The notes under the pieces were generated by a model. That model saw only the letters and a program-made list of their open reading frames with translations. It was not told the DNA's origin and searched no databases. Made by a program: the position numbers and the translations under genes. Positions 53,768 to 62,610 of a stretch of 64,000 bases of DNA are shown here, piece by piece. This DNA is from a virus (taxonomy: Duplodnaviria > Caudoviricetes). Numbering within the stretch: position 1 is the stretch's first letter; the number at the start of each line of letters is the position of its first letter. The stretch covers positions 21,695-85,694 of IMG/VR virus record IMGVR_UViG_3300011858_000030. One strand, 5' to 3'.

Positions 53768-54025
53768 ATGAGCAACAAAACTGGAGGGCGCGCTTTCCCG
53801 TGTGATTCTATCGTGGAGCGCGACGAAGTTGGTCACTTACATGGTTTCGAAGTCAGCTCTGGCGGCATGACATTGCGCGATTATTTCGCTGCAAAAGCGC
53901 TGATAGTTGCTGCGCGAGGTGCTGATGGAGAGCCTGAAGGGGCCTACTTCGAAACTGTTGATGGGATAGCATCAAGAGCTTACCTGCTGGCTGATGCAAT
54001 GCTCCACGCCCGGGAGGCATCATGA
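53768..54025 (+). CDS. Conserved-type phage protein (GMTLRDYFAAKA motif)
   Basis: GGRAFP and GMTLRDYFAAKA motifs; GAGGA RBS. Confidence 0.8.
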   Translation: MSNKTGGRAFPCDSIVERDEVGHLHGFEVSSGGMTLRDYFAAKALIVAARGADGEPEGAYFETVDGIASRAYLLADAMLHAREAS

Positions 54026-54180
54026 CAGTTACCCACAACGGCAAGCAGTACACCGCCAAAAAGCTCAACGATAACGAGTGGCAGCTGACGTCGGTATCAA
54101 ACCCGCGTGAAAAGTTGGTACTTAACCGCTGGCAGATGCATATGGCTGGCTTACTGGCTCAGGTGGAGGGGAAAAAATGA
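54022..54180 (+). CDS. Small protein, 52 aa (MTVTHNGKQY...), not in the ORF track
   Basis: Read by eye; ATGA overlaps at both ends. Confidence 0.7.
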   Translation: MTVTHNGKQYTAKKLNDNEWQLTSVSNPREKLVLNRWQMHMAGLLAQVEGKK

Positions 54181-54683
54181 TGCGAAAGCACAAGTTGCCA
54201 AGTGCTGAGGAGATAGATTCCTTGCTGGATTACAACCCTGAAACCGGAGTATTTACGTGGAAAGTGACGAAATCAGGATGGGTTGTAAAGGGGCGGCCTG
54301 CTGGTTCAAAAAACAATAATGGCTATCTCCGAGTTGGTATTGGAAGAAGGCACTACTTCCTTTCTCGAATCGCATTTTTCTTATGCACCGGGGAATCACC
54401 TGAAGAAGTAGACCATATCAATGGTGACAGAACAGATAACAGGGCGTGCAACTTAAGAGCCGCAAGCCGTCATGAAAACTGCCTCAATAAGTCGGTAAGA
54501 AGCGACAGCAGGACTGGTGTAAAGGGCGTCTCATGGCGACCGGATGTTAAAAAATGGTCTGCACGATCAACTGATTCATCGGGGAAGAGAGTGTTTTTAG
54601 GTTACTACCGCACCATCAGAGATGCGGTGGCTGTCCTTAATGATTTTCGGAGAGAACAGCATGGTGAGTTTGCAAAAAATTAG
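54177..54683 (+). CDS. HNH-AP2 homing endonuclease
   Basis: LDYNPETGVFTW, VDHINGDRTDNRACNLR and GVKGVSW motifs. Confidence 0.92.
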   Translation: MMRKHKLPSAEEIDSLLDYNPETGVFTWKVTKSGWVVKGRPAGSKNNNGYLRVGIGRRHYFLSRIAFFLCTGESPEEVDHINGDRTDNRACNLRAASRHENCLNKSVRSDSRTGVKGVSWRPDVKKWSARSTDSSGKRVFLGYYRTIRDAVAVLNDFRREQHGEFAKN

Positions 54684-54894
54684 CAGCAACTTGCACTACG
54701 GTACCACCCCGCTCATTCGCCAGTGCGTCACGCCCGGCATGATGGCAATGCATGAAGGCCGAACCTATCGCGTCTCAGCAGTCATTCAGGAGCGCAAATG
54801 GGTGTATCTGCACACCGACGCAGAAATCATCCGCCTCAGTGACTGCGTTATTGACGTCCTTCTGGACGGTCACGGCAACCCTATCCAGCAGTAA
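54661..54894 (+). CDS. Hypothetical protein (HYGTTPLIRQC...)
   Basis: Operon strand; start overlaps the HNH 3' end. Confidence 0.65.
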   Translation: MVSLQKISSNLHYGTTPLIRQCVTPGMMAMHEGRTYRVSAVIQERKWVYLHTDAEIIRLSDCVIDVLLDGHGNPIQQ

Positions 54895-54963
54895 CCACCC
54901 TATTCAACCGATCGGCCTGGCTTCTGCGGGCGGGATCTGCACATCCAAATTTCAGGAGAAACC

Positions 54964-55134
54964 ATGAGCGAAGTAACGGACTTAACTGTCATCGAAATCA
55001 AGCCGGAGCAGGCGCCAGCACTTTACAGCGCGGGTGGACTTAATGGCTTTCTCGAGCAAACCCGCGAACAGGCTATCGAAGTGCTTATCGCTCTGAAAGA
55101 TGACCTGATCCCCTGCGCGAAAATTCATTACTGA
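54964..55134 (+). pseudogene. 56-aa ORF, probable in-frame deletion remnant of a longer coiled-coil protein
   Basis: Strong AGGAG RBS; N- and C-termini I recall from a roughly 300-aa phage family, joined at EQTREQA. Confidence 0.5.
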
Positions 55135-55142
55135 GGTGAATC

Positions 55143-55340
55143 ATGAATATCACATGCGAGTGCGTGGACATGCGCACATCTGTCGGCCCCCACAACACCA
55201 TCAAAGTTGAGATGGAAGGCGTTGTCCTGGCCGGCACCGTTAAAACCCGTGACGTACTCCCCCAGCTCGACGGTGCAGAAGTCATCGAATGGCTGGCTGA
55301 GCAGGGCTACACCGTCCTTCACCAGGAGCGTGCGGCATGA
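55143..55340 (+). CDS. Hypothetical protein, 65 aa
   Basis: GAGGTG RBS; ends ERAA overlapping the next ATG. Confidence 0.7.
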   Translation: MNITCECVDMRTSVGPHNTIKVEMEGVVLAGTVKTRDVLPQLDGAEVIEWLAEQGYTVLHQERAA

Positions 55341-55507
55341 GTGCTATGGAGCGCTGGGATGACGATGCTTTCGTCAGGCTGATGGCGGATGTACTGCCAG
55401 AGCAGCCAATGACCCACGAACAGGCGGCGCAGGAAGCGATCGCCGATTACCGTTCGGAGCAGCAGGAAATGAGAATGGAGGGCGCACTATGGGCACAGCA
55501 ACACTGA
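55337..55507 (+). CDS. Hypothetical protein, 56 aa, not in the ORF track
   Basis: Read by eye (MSAMERWDDDAF...); ATGA coupling. Confidence 0.6.
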   Translation: MSAMERWDDDAFVRLMADVLPEQPMTHEQAAQEAIADYRSEQQEMRMEGALWAQQH

Positions 55508-56169
55508 TCCTCGGTGAATCCGGAACCGGCAAGTCAACCAGCCTGCGGAACGTTGACCCAGCCGATGCGATCCTGATTAAGGCTGTAGGCAAGCCGCTTC
55601 CGTTTCGCTCTAAAGACTGGACGCCGTGGGATGCCAAAACAAAGACCGGAAGCGTAGTCGTATCTGATGACTGGAATTACATCTTTAACGTCATCAAACG
55701 CGCGCCTACCTACGGCAAGAACATCATCATCATCGACGATTTCCAGTACGTAATGAGCAACGAGTTTATGCGCCGCTCAGAAGAGAAGTCGTTCGATAAG
55801 TTCACTGAGATTGGCAGGCACGCATGGGAGGTTATCAAGTCTGCCCAGGACGCGCCGGACAACCTCCGGGTTTACTTCCTGGCTCACACCGAAGAAACGC
55901 AGATGGGCCGGACGAAGATGAAGACGATTGGGAAGATGCTGGACGAGAAGATCACCGTCGAAGGCATGTTCACCATCGTTCTCCGCACCCTCACCCGCGA
56001 TGACAAGTTCTTCTTCACCACCAAAAACAACGGATCAGACACCGTCAAATCCCCCATGGGGATGTTTGAGACCAATGAAATCGACAATGACCTCGCCCAT
56101 GTAGACGCGACCATCTGCGAATACTACGGCATCAACAACATTCACCACATTAAGGACTCCGCCGCATGA
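55489..56169 (+). CDS. Sak4-like (AAA_24) single-strand annealing ATPase
   Basis: GESGTGKS Walker A, IIIDDFQY Walker B, KTIGKMLDEK motif. Confidence 0.88.
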   Translation: MGTATLILGESGTGKSTSLRNVDPADAILIKAVGKPLPFRSKDWTPWDAKTKTGSVVVSDDWNYIFNVIKRAPTYGKNIIIIDDFQYVMSNEFMRRSEEKSFDKFTEIGRHAWEVIKSAQDAPDNLRVYFLAHTEETQMGRTKMKTIGKMLDEKITVEGMFTIVLRTLTRDDKFFFTTKNNGSDTVKSPMGMFETNEIDNDLAHVDATICEYYGINNIHHIKDSAA

Positions 56170-56753
56170 GCAACGTAATTTTCACCTATAGCGAAGAATC
56201 AGCACTGGCCGCCGGTATGGGCGGCTTTATTAACGAAACTGGGGCCTACGCTATCACCATCAGCGAAGCGTTGCTGACCACAGCAAAGAGCGGAGCAAAA
56301 GCCATTGAGTTCTCTGGTGAAGCTGATGACGGCCGTAAGATCCAGTACCTGAGCGTCTACGTTACGAAAAAGGACGGAACCGAAAACACCTTCGGCGCGA
56401 ACATGATTCACGCAATCATGGGATGTGCAGGTGTTAAGCAGCTGACGCAGTACATGAAGTCTGCTGGCGTGTATGTAGCGCCGGAGTTTGCTGGCAAGCG
56501 TGTCGGCCTGGTTCTGCAGAAGGTACTGTCGAAAAAGGATGATGGCAGCGATACCTATAAATTCGATATCCGTATGCCATTCAACGCCGACACCCGGCAG
56601 ACGCTGCAGGAACGTCATGAAGGTAAGAATGCCGAGACGGTAGAGAAGATGATCGCCACCCTGAAAGATAAGGATGAGCGTAAGAAGCCAACCCAAGGCA
56701 ACGCAGGCTATCACTACGGCATGGATGACGATCCGGGCCATAACGACTTCTAA
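56166..56753 (+). CDS. Single-stranded DNA-binding protein
   Basis: Coupled to Sak4; acidic aromatic tail DDDPGHNDF. Confidence 0.75.
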   Translation: MSNVIFTYSEESALAAGMGGFINETGAYAITISEALLTTAKSGAKAIEFSGEADDGRKIQYLSVYVTKKDGTENTFGANMIHAIMGCAGVKQLTQYMKSAGVYVAPEFAGKRVGLVLQKVLSKKDDGSDTYKFDIRMPFNADTRQTLQERHEGKNAETVEKMIATLKDKDERKKPTQGNAGYHYGMDDDPGHNDF

Positions 56754-56836
56754 TCCTTCCTCATCGAAATAACCAAGCGCCCCCTATTTCACCTCACGGA
56801 GACGGGTTAACCACACTCGTCTCACGCAATTTAAGG

Positions 56837-57394
56837 ATGAACATGAACCACTTAATGATTGACCTCGAAACGATGGGTAACGGGCCATATGCGCCGATCA
56901 TCTCCATTGGCGCTGTATTCTTCGACCCGAACACTGGCGCAATAGGCGATGACTTCCAGGTGAATGTATCGCTTGAGTCATCAATGAGGTTTCGCGCCCG
57001 GCCCGACGCCTCAACAATCCTGTGGTGGATGGAGCAAGGCGAGGATGCGCGAAAAGCGTTAACCAATGACACCGAAGAGCTTTCCACCGCTCTGTGTTGG
57101 CTATCTGAATTCATCGCCAAACACGCCAAGCCGAGATTCGTTCAGGTATGGGGCAACGGTGCATCGTTCGACTGCGTCATTCTCCGTAACAGCTATGCAC
57201 TGATCGGGCAGGAAGCGCCGTGGCAATGGTGGAATGACCGAGATGTCCGCACAGTAGTTGAGATGGGTAAAGCGAGCGGCTTCGACCCTAAGCGTGATAT
57301 GCCATTTGAAGGCACCCGCCACAGCGCGCTTGACGACGCTATTCATCAGGTCAAATACGTTTCTGCGATCTGGCAAAAATTAATCCAGCAATAA
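56837..57394 (+). CDS. 3'-5' DEDD exonuclease
   Basis: LMIDLETMG, WGNGASFD and HSALDDA motifs. Confidence 0.92.
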   Translation: MNMNHLMIDLETMGNGPYAPIISIGAVFFDPNTGAIGDDFQVNVSLESSMRFRARPDASTILWWMEQGEDARKALTNDTEELSTALCWLSEFIAKHAKPRFVQVWGNGASFDCVILRNSYALIGQEAPWQWWNDRDVRTVVEMGKASGFDPKRDMPFEGTRHSALDDAIHQVKYVSAIWQKLIQQ

Positions 57395-57416
57395 CCAATC
57401 CGGTCAGGAAATAGCC

Positions 57417-57638
57417 ATGAACAAATTTACCCCCGAGTATCGAAAATATCTTCTCCGGCCAATCCCTGACCGGAAGCTTTCACCCTCTGAGCGAGCAGAT
57501 CGCAAAGAGCTTTACCAAATCATCCAGCAAGAAAGAGCCAACGACGATTCACCCCCTTCCCCATCCAACTACACGCCAGCTGACCCATACCTAAACGACA
57601 ACCGCAAAGGCCTCGGTGGCGCTTCAAGGAGTGACTAA
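57417..57638 (+). CDS. Hypothetical protein, 73 aa
   Basis: AGGA RBS; coupled to the next gene. Confidence 0.65.
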   Translation: MNKFTPEYRKYLLRPIPDRKLSPSERADRKELYQIIQQERANDDSPPSPSNYTPADPYLNDNRKGLGGASRSD

Positions 57639-57790
57639 TGACTCACGCTCACGACGACATCAGGGTTGGCTCACTGTGCCTTCCCTTCATTGGTAACGGC
57701 TGGCTAATGCCATGGGGTGAAGTGGTCAGCAATCCATTAAAGGCGCAGCGTCTCGCTGAGGAATATCGGGAAAGGCAGGAGGCGGCATGA
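57638..57790 (+). CDS. DUF1317 family protein, 50 aa, not in the ORF track
   Basis: MTHAHDDIRVG...GWLMPWGEVVSNPLKAQRLAEE. Confidence 0.75.
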   Translation: MTHAHDDIRVGSLCLPFIGNGWLMPWGEVVSNPLKAQRLAEEYRERQEAA

Positions 57791-58446
57791 CAGCGAAATA
57801 CTCACTTCTGTATGTCGATCCCCCTTGGTCTTACGGCAACACCATCAGTAACGGTGCCGCCGCCGACCACTACTCCACCATGAAACTCATCGACATCAAG
57901 CGCCTGCCAGTGTGGGAACTTGCCGCCGAAAACGCCGTGCTGGCGATGTGGTACACCGGAACGCATAACCAGGAGGCTATCGAACTGGCCGAGGCCTGGG
58001 GTTTTGCCGTTCGCACGATGAAGGGCTTTACCTGGGTGAAGCTGAATCAGAACGCCGAACTGCGCATCAACAAGGCGCTGGCTGAGGGTGAAGTCACCGA
58101 CTTTTACGACTTCCTCGATCTGCTTAACGCCGAGACGCGCATGAACGGAGGCAACCACACCCGGGCCAATACCGAAGATCTGCTGATTGCTACCCGCGGC
58201 GCCGGGCTGGAACGTAAGCACGCCGGGATTAAGCAGGTTGTCTACAGCCCGCTCGGCGCGCACAGCGAAAAGCCGTGGGAAGTACGCCACCGGCTGGAGC
58301 TGCTTTATGGTGATGTGCCGCGCATTGAGTTGTTTAGCCGCAGCGCGGCGCCAGGTTGGCACCACTGGGGAAACCAGTGCGACACCGCCGCTGTAGAACT
58401 GCTGCCAGGCTGCGCCATCGATGTTGTGAAAACGGAGGCCGCATGA
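57787..58446 (+). CDS. MT-A70-family adenine methyltransferase
   Basis: YVDPPW catalytic motif; HSEKP..RIELFSR. Confidence 0.92.
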   Translation: MTAKYSLLYVDPPWSYGNTISNGAAADHYSTMKLIDIKRLPVWELAAENAVLAMWYTGTHNQEAIELAEAWGFAVRTMKGFTWVKLNQNAELRINKALAEGEVTDFYDFLDLLNAETRMNGGNHTRANTEDLLIATRGAGLERKHAGIKQVVYSPLGAHSEKPWEVRHRLELLYGDVPRIELFSRSAAPGWHHWGNQCDTAAVELLPGCAIDVVKTEAA

Positions 58447-58661
58447 CTCCAGAAACAGACAACGCCATCCGTGCAGCCTGCCGCCGCTGCACCGAGGAAA
58501 TCCAGCAGGCCATGCGCAAGAAGCCAAAGCCTAACTGGAACGAAACGGTGCCTCCCATCATCAACAAGCATCACAAGAAAATTGAAGCTCTGGGAGTTAG
58601 CCTCCTGGAGTTCGTCGTCAAAACTGGCCGCCTTAACGGGCGGTTCGGAGCCGAACAATGA
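58443..58661 (+). CDS. Hypothetical protein, 72 aa
   Basis: ATGA coupling on both sides. Confidence 0.7.
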   Translation: MTPETDNAIRAACRRCTEEIQQAMRKKPKPNWNETVPPIINKHHKKIEALGVSLLEFVVKTGRLNGRFGAEQ

Positions 58662-59269
58662 ATATGAAAACTGAAAAAATCGTGATGATGGACAGCGATG
58701 AAGCGGCCAGCATCCAGACTGTAACTGGCTGGGTAGACCGCCAAGGGCGTTTCTGGGGAAAAGACGAACACCAGGCGCGCTGGTGCGGTGCCACTCATCG
58801 CAAGTGTAAAAATAAACCTGATGAGCACCCGATTCATAGCACTAATGGCTATTGCGAAGAATGCCACCGCGAAAGCCGCCAGGCGAAGTTCGCCACCTAT
58901 GAACGCGCGGTATGGGCCGGAGAGCCGCTAGTTATCTTTGATGATGACCACTACTTTTTCGACGCTGAATCGCTGGCCGACTATTGCTATGAGCACTCCC
59001 TGCTGCCGAGTGAGTTGCAGTTAATGATCTGCGAGCCTAACTACCCGCCGGAGTTCGATCTGGAACAGCACTGCGAAGAGATAATGCCGGATGGCGATGA
59101 CTATTACTGCTTGCCGCAAGTTGTGCGTGATGCTGCTGAGGCGCTGAATAAGGCTCTGAAGGAAAGTGCTCCAGTATCGTGGAGCGCCAGCAATCGCGTG
59201 GCGATCGTCTCTGACGACATGCTCAACGACGAGCAGAAGGCCGAAATAATGGCGGAGCGAGCCGCATGA
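58658..59269 (+). CDS. Conserved-type phage protein with a Zn-finger-like segment
   Basis: EAASIQTVTGWV..GRFWG and CEEC motifs. Confidence 0.75.
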   Translation: MNMKTEKIVMMDSDEAASIQTVTGWVDRQGRFWGKDEHQARWCGATHRKCKNKPDEHPIHSTNGYCEECHRESRQAKFATYERAVWAGEPLVIFDDDHYFFDAESLADYCYEHSLLPSELQLMICEPNYPPEFDLEQHCEEIMPDGDDYYCLPQVVRDAAEALNKALKESAPVSWSASNRVAIVSDDMLNDEQKAEIMAERAA

Positions 59270-59354
59270 AATCGTTAATCACCCGGGAGCTTAAGGCTCC
59301 CTTTTTATTGCTGGCGTTCACCTTCAACCGAATTAACCGACAGTTCCGGGAGCA

Positions 59355-59663
59355 TTGATTATGAGAGAGTTTAAGGGTACGCCGGGCGAATGGAAGTACA
59401 CGATTAGAAACGTGAACGAAATGATGACTACTTTCCATGGCGTGACAATTGGCGACACGTACATCGAAGCAGCAACGAGAAATGAAATAGAGGACGCGCA
59501 GCTTATAGCAGCCGCGCCTGATTTGCTGGATGCACTGCAATGCCTGTTCGAAAACTATAAGCAGCTCGCTGATTCAGGCGATGCCGGTAACTGGCGACTC
59601 GAAGATGAACCCGCCGGAAAGAAGGCACTGCATGCCATCAACAAAGCCCTAGGTAAGGAGTAA
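59355..59663 (+). CDS. Hypothetical protein
   Basis: FKGTPGEW..DAQLIAAAPDLLDAL motif. Confidence 0.75.
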   Translation: MIMREFKGTPGEWKYTIRNVNEMMTTFHGVTIGDTYIEAATRNEIEDAQLIAAAPDLLDALQCLFENYKQLADSGDAGNWRLEDEPAGKKALHAINKALGKE

Positions 59664-59665
59664 CT

Positions 59666-59884
59666 ATGCCGGACATCATCGATACAGCAGCAGAGATTGA
59701 AGGGCTTCAGCGTAACGCTGCCCTTTCCGCTCACCAGCTAAACCGCAACGCTTTATCAGCTGAACGTTGTGAAGAATGCGATGAACCAATTCCCGAGCCG
59801 CGTCGCGCTGCCGTTCCCGGCTGCAAGACCTGCGCGGAGTGCCAGGAAGAGATCGAACTCAAGAATAAGCAGAGGGGGATGTGA
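59666..59884 (+). CDS. TraR/DksA-family C4 zinc-finger protein
   Basis: DIIDTA; CEECDEPIPEPRRAAVPGCKTCAECQ. Confidence 0.92.
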   Translation: MPDIIDTAAEIEGLQRNAALSAHQLNRNALSAERCEECDEPIPEPRRAAVPGCKTCAECQEEIELKNKQRGM

Positions 59885-60105
59885 TGGGAAAGGTAATGAC
59901 CAACCGCGAACTGGTAGACGCCGCGATAGAGCTTGCCGGGGAGTTTTACGCGATGCAGGGCTATTCGCACCGGCCTGGATTTGAGTATTGGAACTCCCCT
60001 CACCCGCATGAGCGCCTGTGTTTCGAAATGGCTTGTCGGGCGTTCGAGATGATTCGCGGATCCGATGTTATGGATGCCGTGGCAGACCTGGAGGATGAAG
60101 AGTGA
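59881..60105 (+). CDS. Hypothetical protein, 74 aa
   Basis: Coupled overlaps. Confidence 0.7.
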   Translation: MMGKVMTNRELVDAAIELAGEFYAMQGYSHRPGFEYWNSPHPHERLCFEMACRAFEMIRGSDVMDAVADLEDEE

Positions 60106-60326
60106 TGGATAACAGGAAGGCCCGTCGGCTGGTTGGCGCCCACATCAACAACACCTACCGGATCAGCAATAGACGCTGGCAGGTGTGGGGTAGCAATTGG
60201 CCTTTTGTTTGGGAGCATGCAAAACCATCACCTCGGCAGAAGAGAAAGGCTAAAGAGGTTACTGCATACCGCGAGGAGTTAAAACGCAGTCAGGAGCTAG
60301 CCAATGTTCAGGATAATCCAGCCTAA
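60102..60326 (+). CDS. Small basic protein (NRKARRL family)
   Basis: Similar to the Mu ORF at 13601-13771. Confidence 0.7.
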   Translation: MMDNRKARRLVGAHINNTYRISNRRWQVWGSNWPFVWEHAKPSPRQKRKAKEVTAYREELKRSQELANVQDNPA

Positions 60327-60543
60327 TACATGGTACGCCGATGATTTCGGCGCGCCCTGCAGAATCCTCCGTGCTACCCACGAAGTAATCCACTACATCC
60401 GCAACGGCCGCACCTGCATCGCCAGCATGGGCCGCTTTAACCAGGATTTCGAGCCGCTGACAAAAGCACAGGCTGAGCGGATCGCCGAAGAAATCGAAAC
60501 AGCAGATCACCTGAAGAAGCTGCGCGCCCAGCGTGCGGCATGA
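60304..60543 (+). CDS. DUF4222-like protein
   Basis: IQPNTWY.D..G..C...RFNQDFEPL motif. Confidence 0.7.
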   Translation: MFRIIQPNTWYADDFGAPCRILRATHEVIHYIRNGRTCIASMGRFNQDFEPLTKAQAERIAEEIETADHLKKLRAQRAA

Positions 60544-60552
60544 GGAGAGATT

Positions 60553-60879
60553 ATGCAGCAATACGAAACCGGTTCATCGCTTCAGCTACGAAACTTGATT
60601 CGCCAGCGCCACGCTGAATGGTCAGAAAAGACCTTCGGCGATGTCGGTCCGATCGGCCCGCTTAAGCATCTGTCGAAAGAAGCACTTGAAGCTGCAGATG
60701 ATGTTGGCGACCTCAGCGAATGGGCTGACATGCAATTCCTGTTATGGGATGCACAACGCCGTGCGGGAATAAGTGACCAGGAAATAACCGCGGCTATGGA
60801 AGAAAAGCTAAAAGTGAACATGGCGCGTGAATGGCCGGAGCCGAAAGACGGCGAGCCGCGCCTTCACATCAAACCATGA
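60553..60879 (+). CDS. MazG-like dNTP pyrophosphohydrolase (DUF550)
   Basis: HAEWSEKTFG.VGP.GPLKHLSKEALE..EWADMQFLLWDA. Confidence 0.88.
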   Translation: MQQYETGSSLQLRNLIRQRHAEWSEKTFGDVGPIGPLKHLSKEALEAADDVGDLSEWADMQFLLWDAQRRAGISDQEITAAMEEKLKVNMAREWPEPKDGEPRLHIKP

Positions 60880-60987
60880 CGCAACTGATAGCCAGTTATG
60901 AGCTGGCTATTGGGTGCGAAAGCACTGCCTCACATCCCTTGATGTTATTGCCGCCTATGGGCGGCTTCTTTTTGCCTGGAGAAAACC

Positions 60988-61236
60988 ATGAGCGACATTA
61001 TTCAGTTGGTACCGAATAAATGGGTCACAGAGGAACTTTTAACTGCGACAACCGGCATGTCAAAGCACATGATTCAGCATGCCCGCCGGTCTACCTGGAT
61101 GGAGGGAAAGCATTATCGCCATGTTGCCCCTGATATGGCACCTAAGCAAAACAGCCCAATCATGTATAACCGCGATGAGATAAACCACTGGATCGAGCAC
61201 CAAAGCCCAGCGAAACGCCGGAGAATATCTGCTTAA
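60988..61236 (+). CDS. xis: Excisionase-like protein
   Basis: PNKWVTEELL..ARRSTWMEG.HYR winged helix, directly before int. Confidence 0.85.
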   Translation: MSDIIQLVPNKWVTEELLTATTGMSKHMIQHARRSTWMEGKHYRHVAPDMAPKQNSPIMYNRDEINHWIEHQSPAKRRRISA

Positions 61237-61268
61237 ATGTCCTTTGGCACATCAAACGAGGAATGATT

Positions 61269-62549
61269 ATGGCAGCATACCCAACAGGCGTAGAGGTTCA
61301 TGGCGAATCGTTACGCATATGGTTCATATATCAGGGGAAGCGTGTCAGGGAAAATCTCGGCGTTCCTGACACGCCAAAAAACAGGAAAATGGCAGGCGAA
61401 CTTCGGGCTTCAGTCTGCTTTGCGATAAAGACAGGCACATTCAATTATGCCTCGCAATTCCCTGATTCATCGAACGCAGAGAAATTCAGCACTGTCAGAA
61501 AGCAAATCTCACTACTTGAACTGAAATCGAAATGGCTTGGGCTTAAAGAGATGGAGCTTAGCCTCGGGACGTTGAGGCGTTACGATTGCCACCTCACAAC
61601 CACTATCGAAACAATTGGTGAGCACAGGTATATCGGCAGCCTGAACACTGAAGATATCCTTAGTGCCAGGAAGGAGCTACTGAACGGCTGGCAGAAGACC
61701 AGACATGGCCTAAATCATCCACCCAAAAAGGGAAGAAGCGTTCCTACAGTCAATAGCTATATGGCATGTCTTGGCGGGATGCTGGGCTTTGCTTTCAAAA
61801 GTGGCTACCTGAAAACGGATCTGATGGCAGGCATCACCCCGCTCGCAAAAGAAAGGCCCGTTCCAGATCCTCTTACTTCTGACGAGTATCAGCGAGTGGT
61901 TGCGGCCTGCCCAACGCTACAGTTTCAGAATATGGTTATCTTTGCGGTAAATACAGGTGTCAGGCATGGCGAACTAAGCGCGTTAGCCTGGGAGGATGTG
62001 GATACTGTTAACTGGACTGTTACGGTGTCACGGAACTATTCCCTGAAGGGTAACTTCACCCTGCCAAAAACCAACGCCGGGATTCGAACAATACAGCTGA
62101 CCCAGCCAGCAATTGATGCACTCAAGGCGCAAATGCCACTGACCAGAATGATGGCATCCCACAAGGTAAGCGTCAGCCTACGGGAATACAAAAAAAAGAG
62201 AACCGATGAATGCACCTTTATATTCTCGCCGTCCATTACTTCAATGAACGGTAAGAAGACGATGTGCTACGTCCCAGGATCCATTAATTCAGCCTGGCGC
62301 ACTGCCCTGCGTCGTGCAGGCGTCCGACAAAGACGGTCTTATGAAACCAGAAACACATATGCGTGCTGGGCACTGGTCGCCGGAGCGAACCCAAATTTCG
62401 TTGCGCACCAGATGGGCCATTCGTCAGCGCAAATGCTATTCACGGTTTACGGTAAATGGATGACCGAGAACAACCATGACCAGGTGGGCATTTTGAACGC
62501 ATCATTTACTCAAAATGCCCCACTGATGCCCCATAGAAAAACCGCATAA
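61269..62549 (+). CDS. int: Tyrosine integrase with an arm-binding domain
   Basis: TGVRHGEL, PKT, YETRNTYA and QMGH...VYG catalytic motifs. Confidence 0.96.
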   Translation: MAAYPTGVEVHGESLRIWFIYQGKRVRENLGVPDTPKNRKMAGELRASVCFAIKTGTFNYASQFPDSSNAEKFSTVRKQISLLELKSKWLGLKEMELSLGTLRRYDCHLTTTIETIGEHRYIGSLNTEDILSARKELLNGWQKTRHGLNHPPKKGRSVPTVNSYMACLGGMLGFAFKSGYLKTDLMAGITPLAKERPVPDPLTSDEYQRVVAACPTLQFQNMVIFAVNTGVRHGELSALAWEDVDTVNWTVTVSRNYSLKGNFTLPKTNAGIRTIQLTQPAIDALKAQMPLTRMMASHKVSVSLREYKKKRTDECTFIFSPSITSMNGKKTMCYVPGSINSAWRTALRRAGVRQRRSYETRNTYACWALVAGANPNFVAHQMGHSSAQMLFTVYGKWMTENNHDQVGILNASFTQNAPLMPHRKTA

Positions 62550-62590
62550 CCTTAACTATCTGATTTAACATATTAATATCACTTCAATCA

Positions 62591-62610
62591 TGATTCATCT
62601 GGATGAGTAA
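62591..62610. other. Prophage attachment junction inside malX
   Basis: The malX frame (TTC ATC TGG ATG) starts at 62594 after an in-frame TGA; imperfect inverted repeat ATTCATC-TG-GATGAGT. Confidence 0.75.

Larger units (their letters stand above)
21672..62602. mobile_element. Lambdoid siphoprophage integrated in malX and interrupted by the Mu-like element; tail-tip genes outside the window
   Basis: int-xis, left operon, cI/cro/cII, O/DnaB, nin, Q, lysis, terminase, head and tail in canonical order. Confidence 0.95.

Noticed and set aside
57802-58527. 241-aa minus-strand ORF, and similar long antisense ORFs (7618-8349, 30483-31109, 32057-32833, 27648-28427)
   Set aside because: Each lies opposite a clearly identified phage gene and has no motifs of its own.
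60988-61268. CII-dependent pI promoter for int
   Set aside because: No TTGC-N6-TTG(C/A) repeat like the pRE site could be found by eye.
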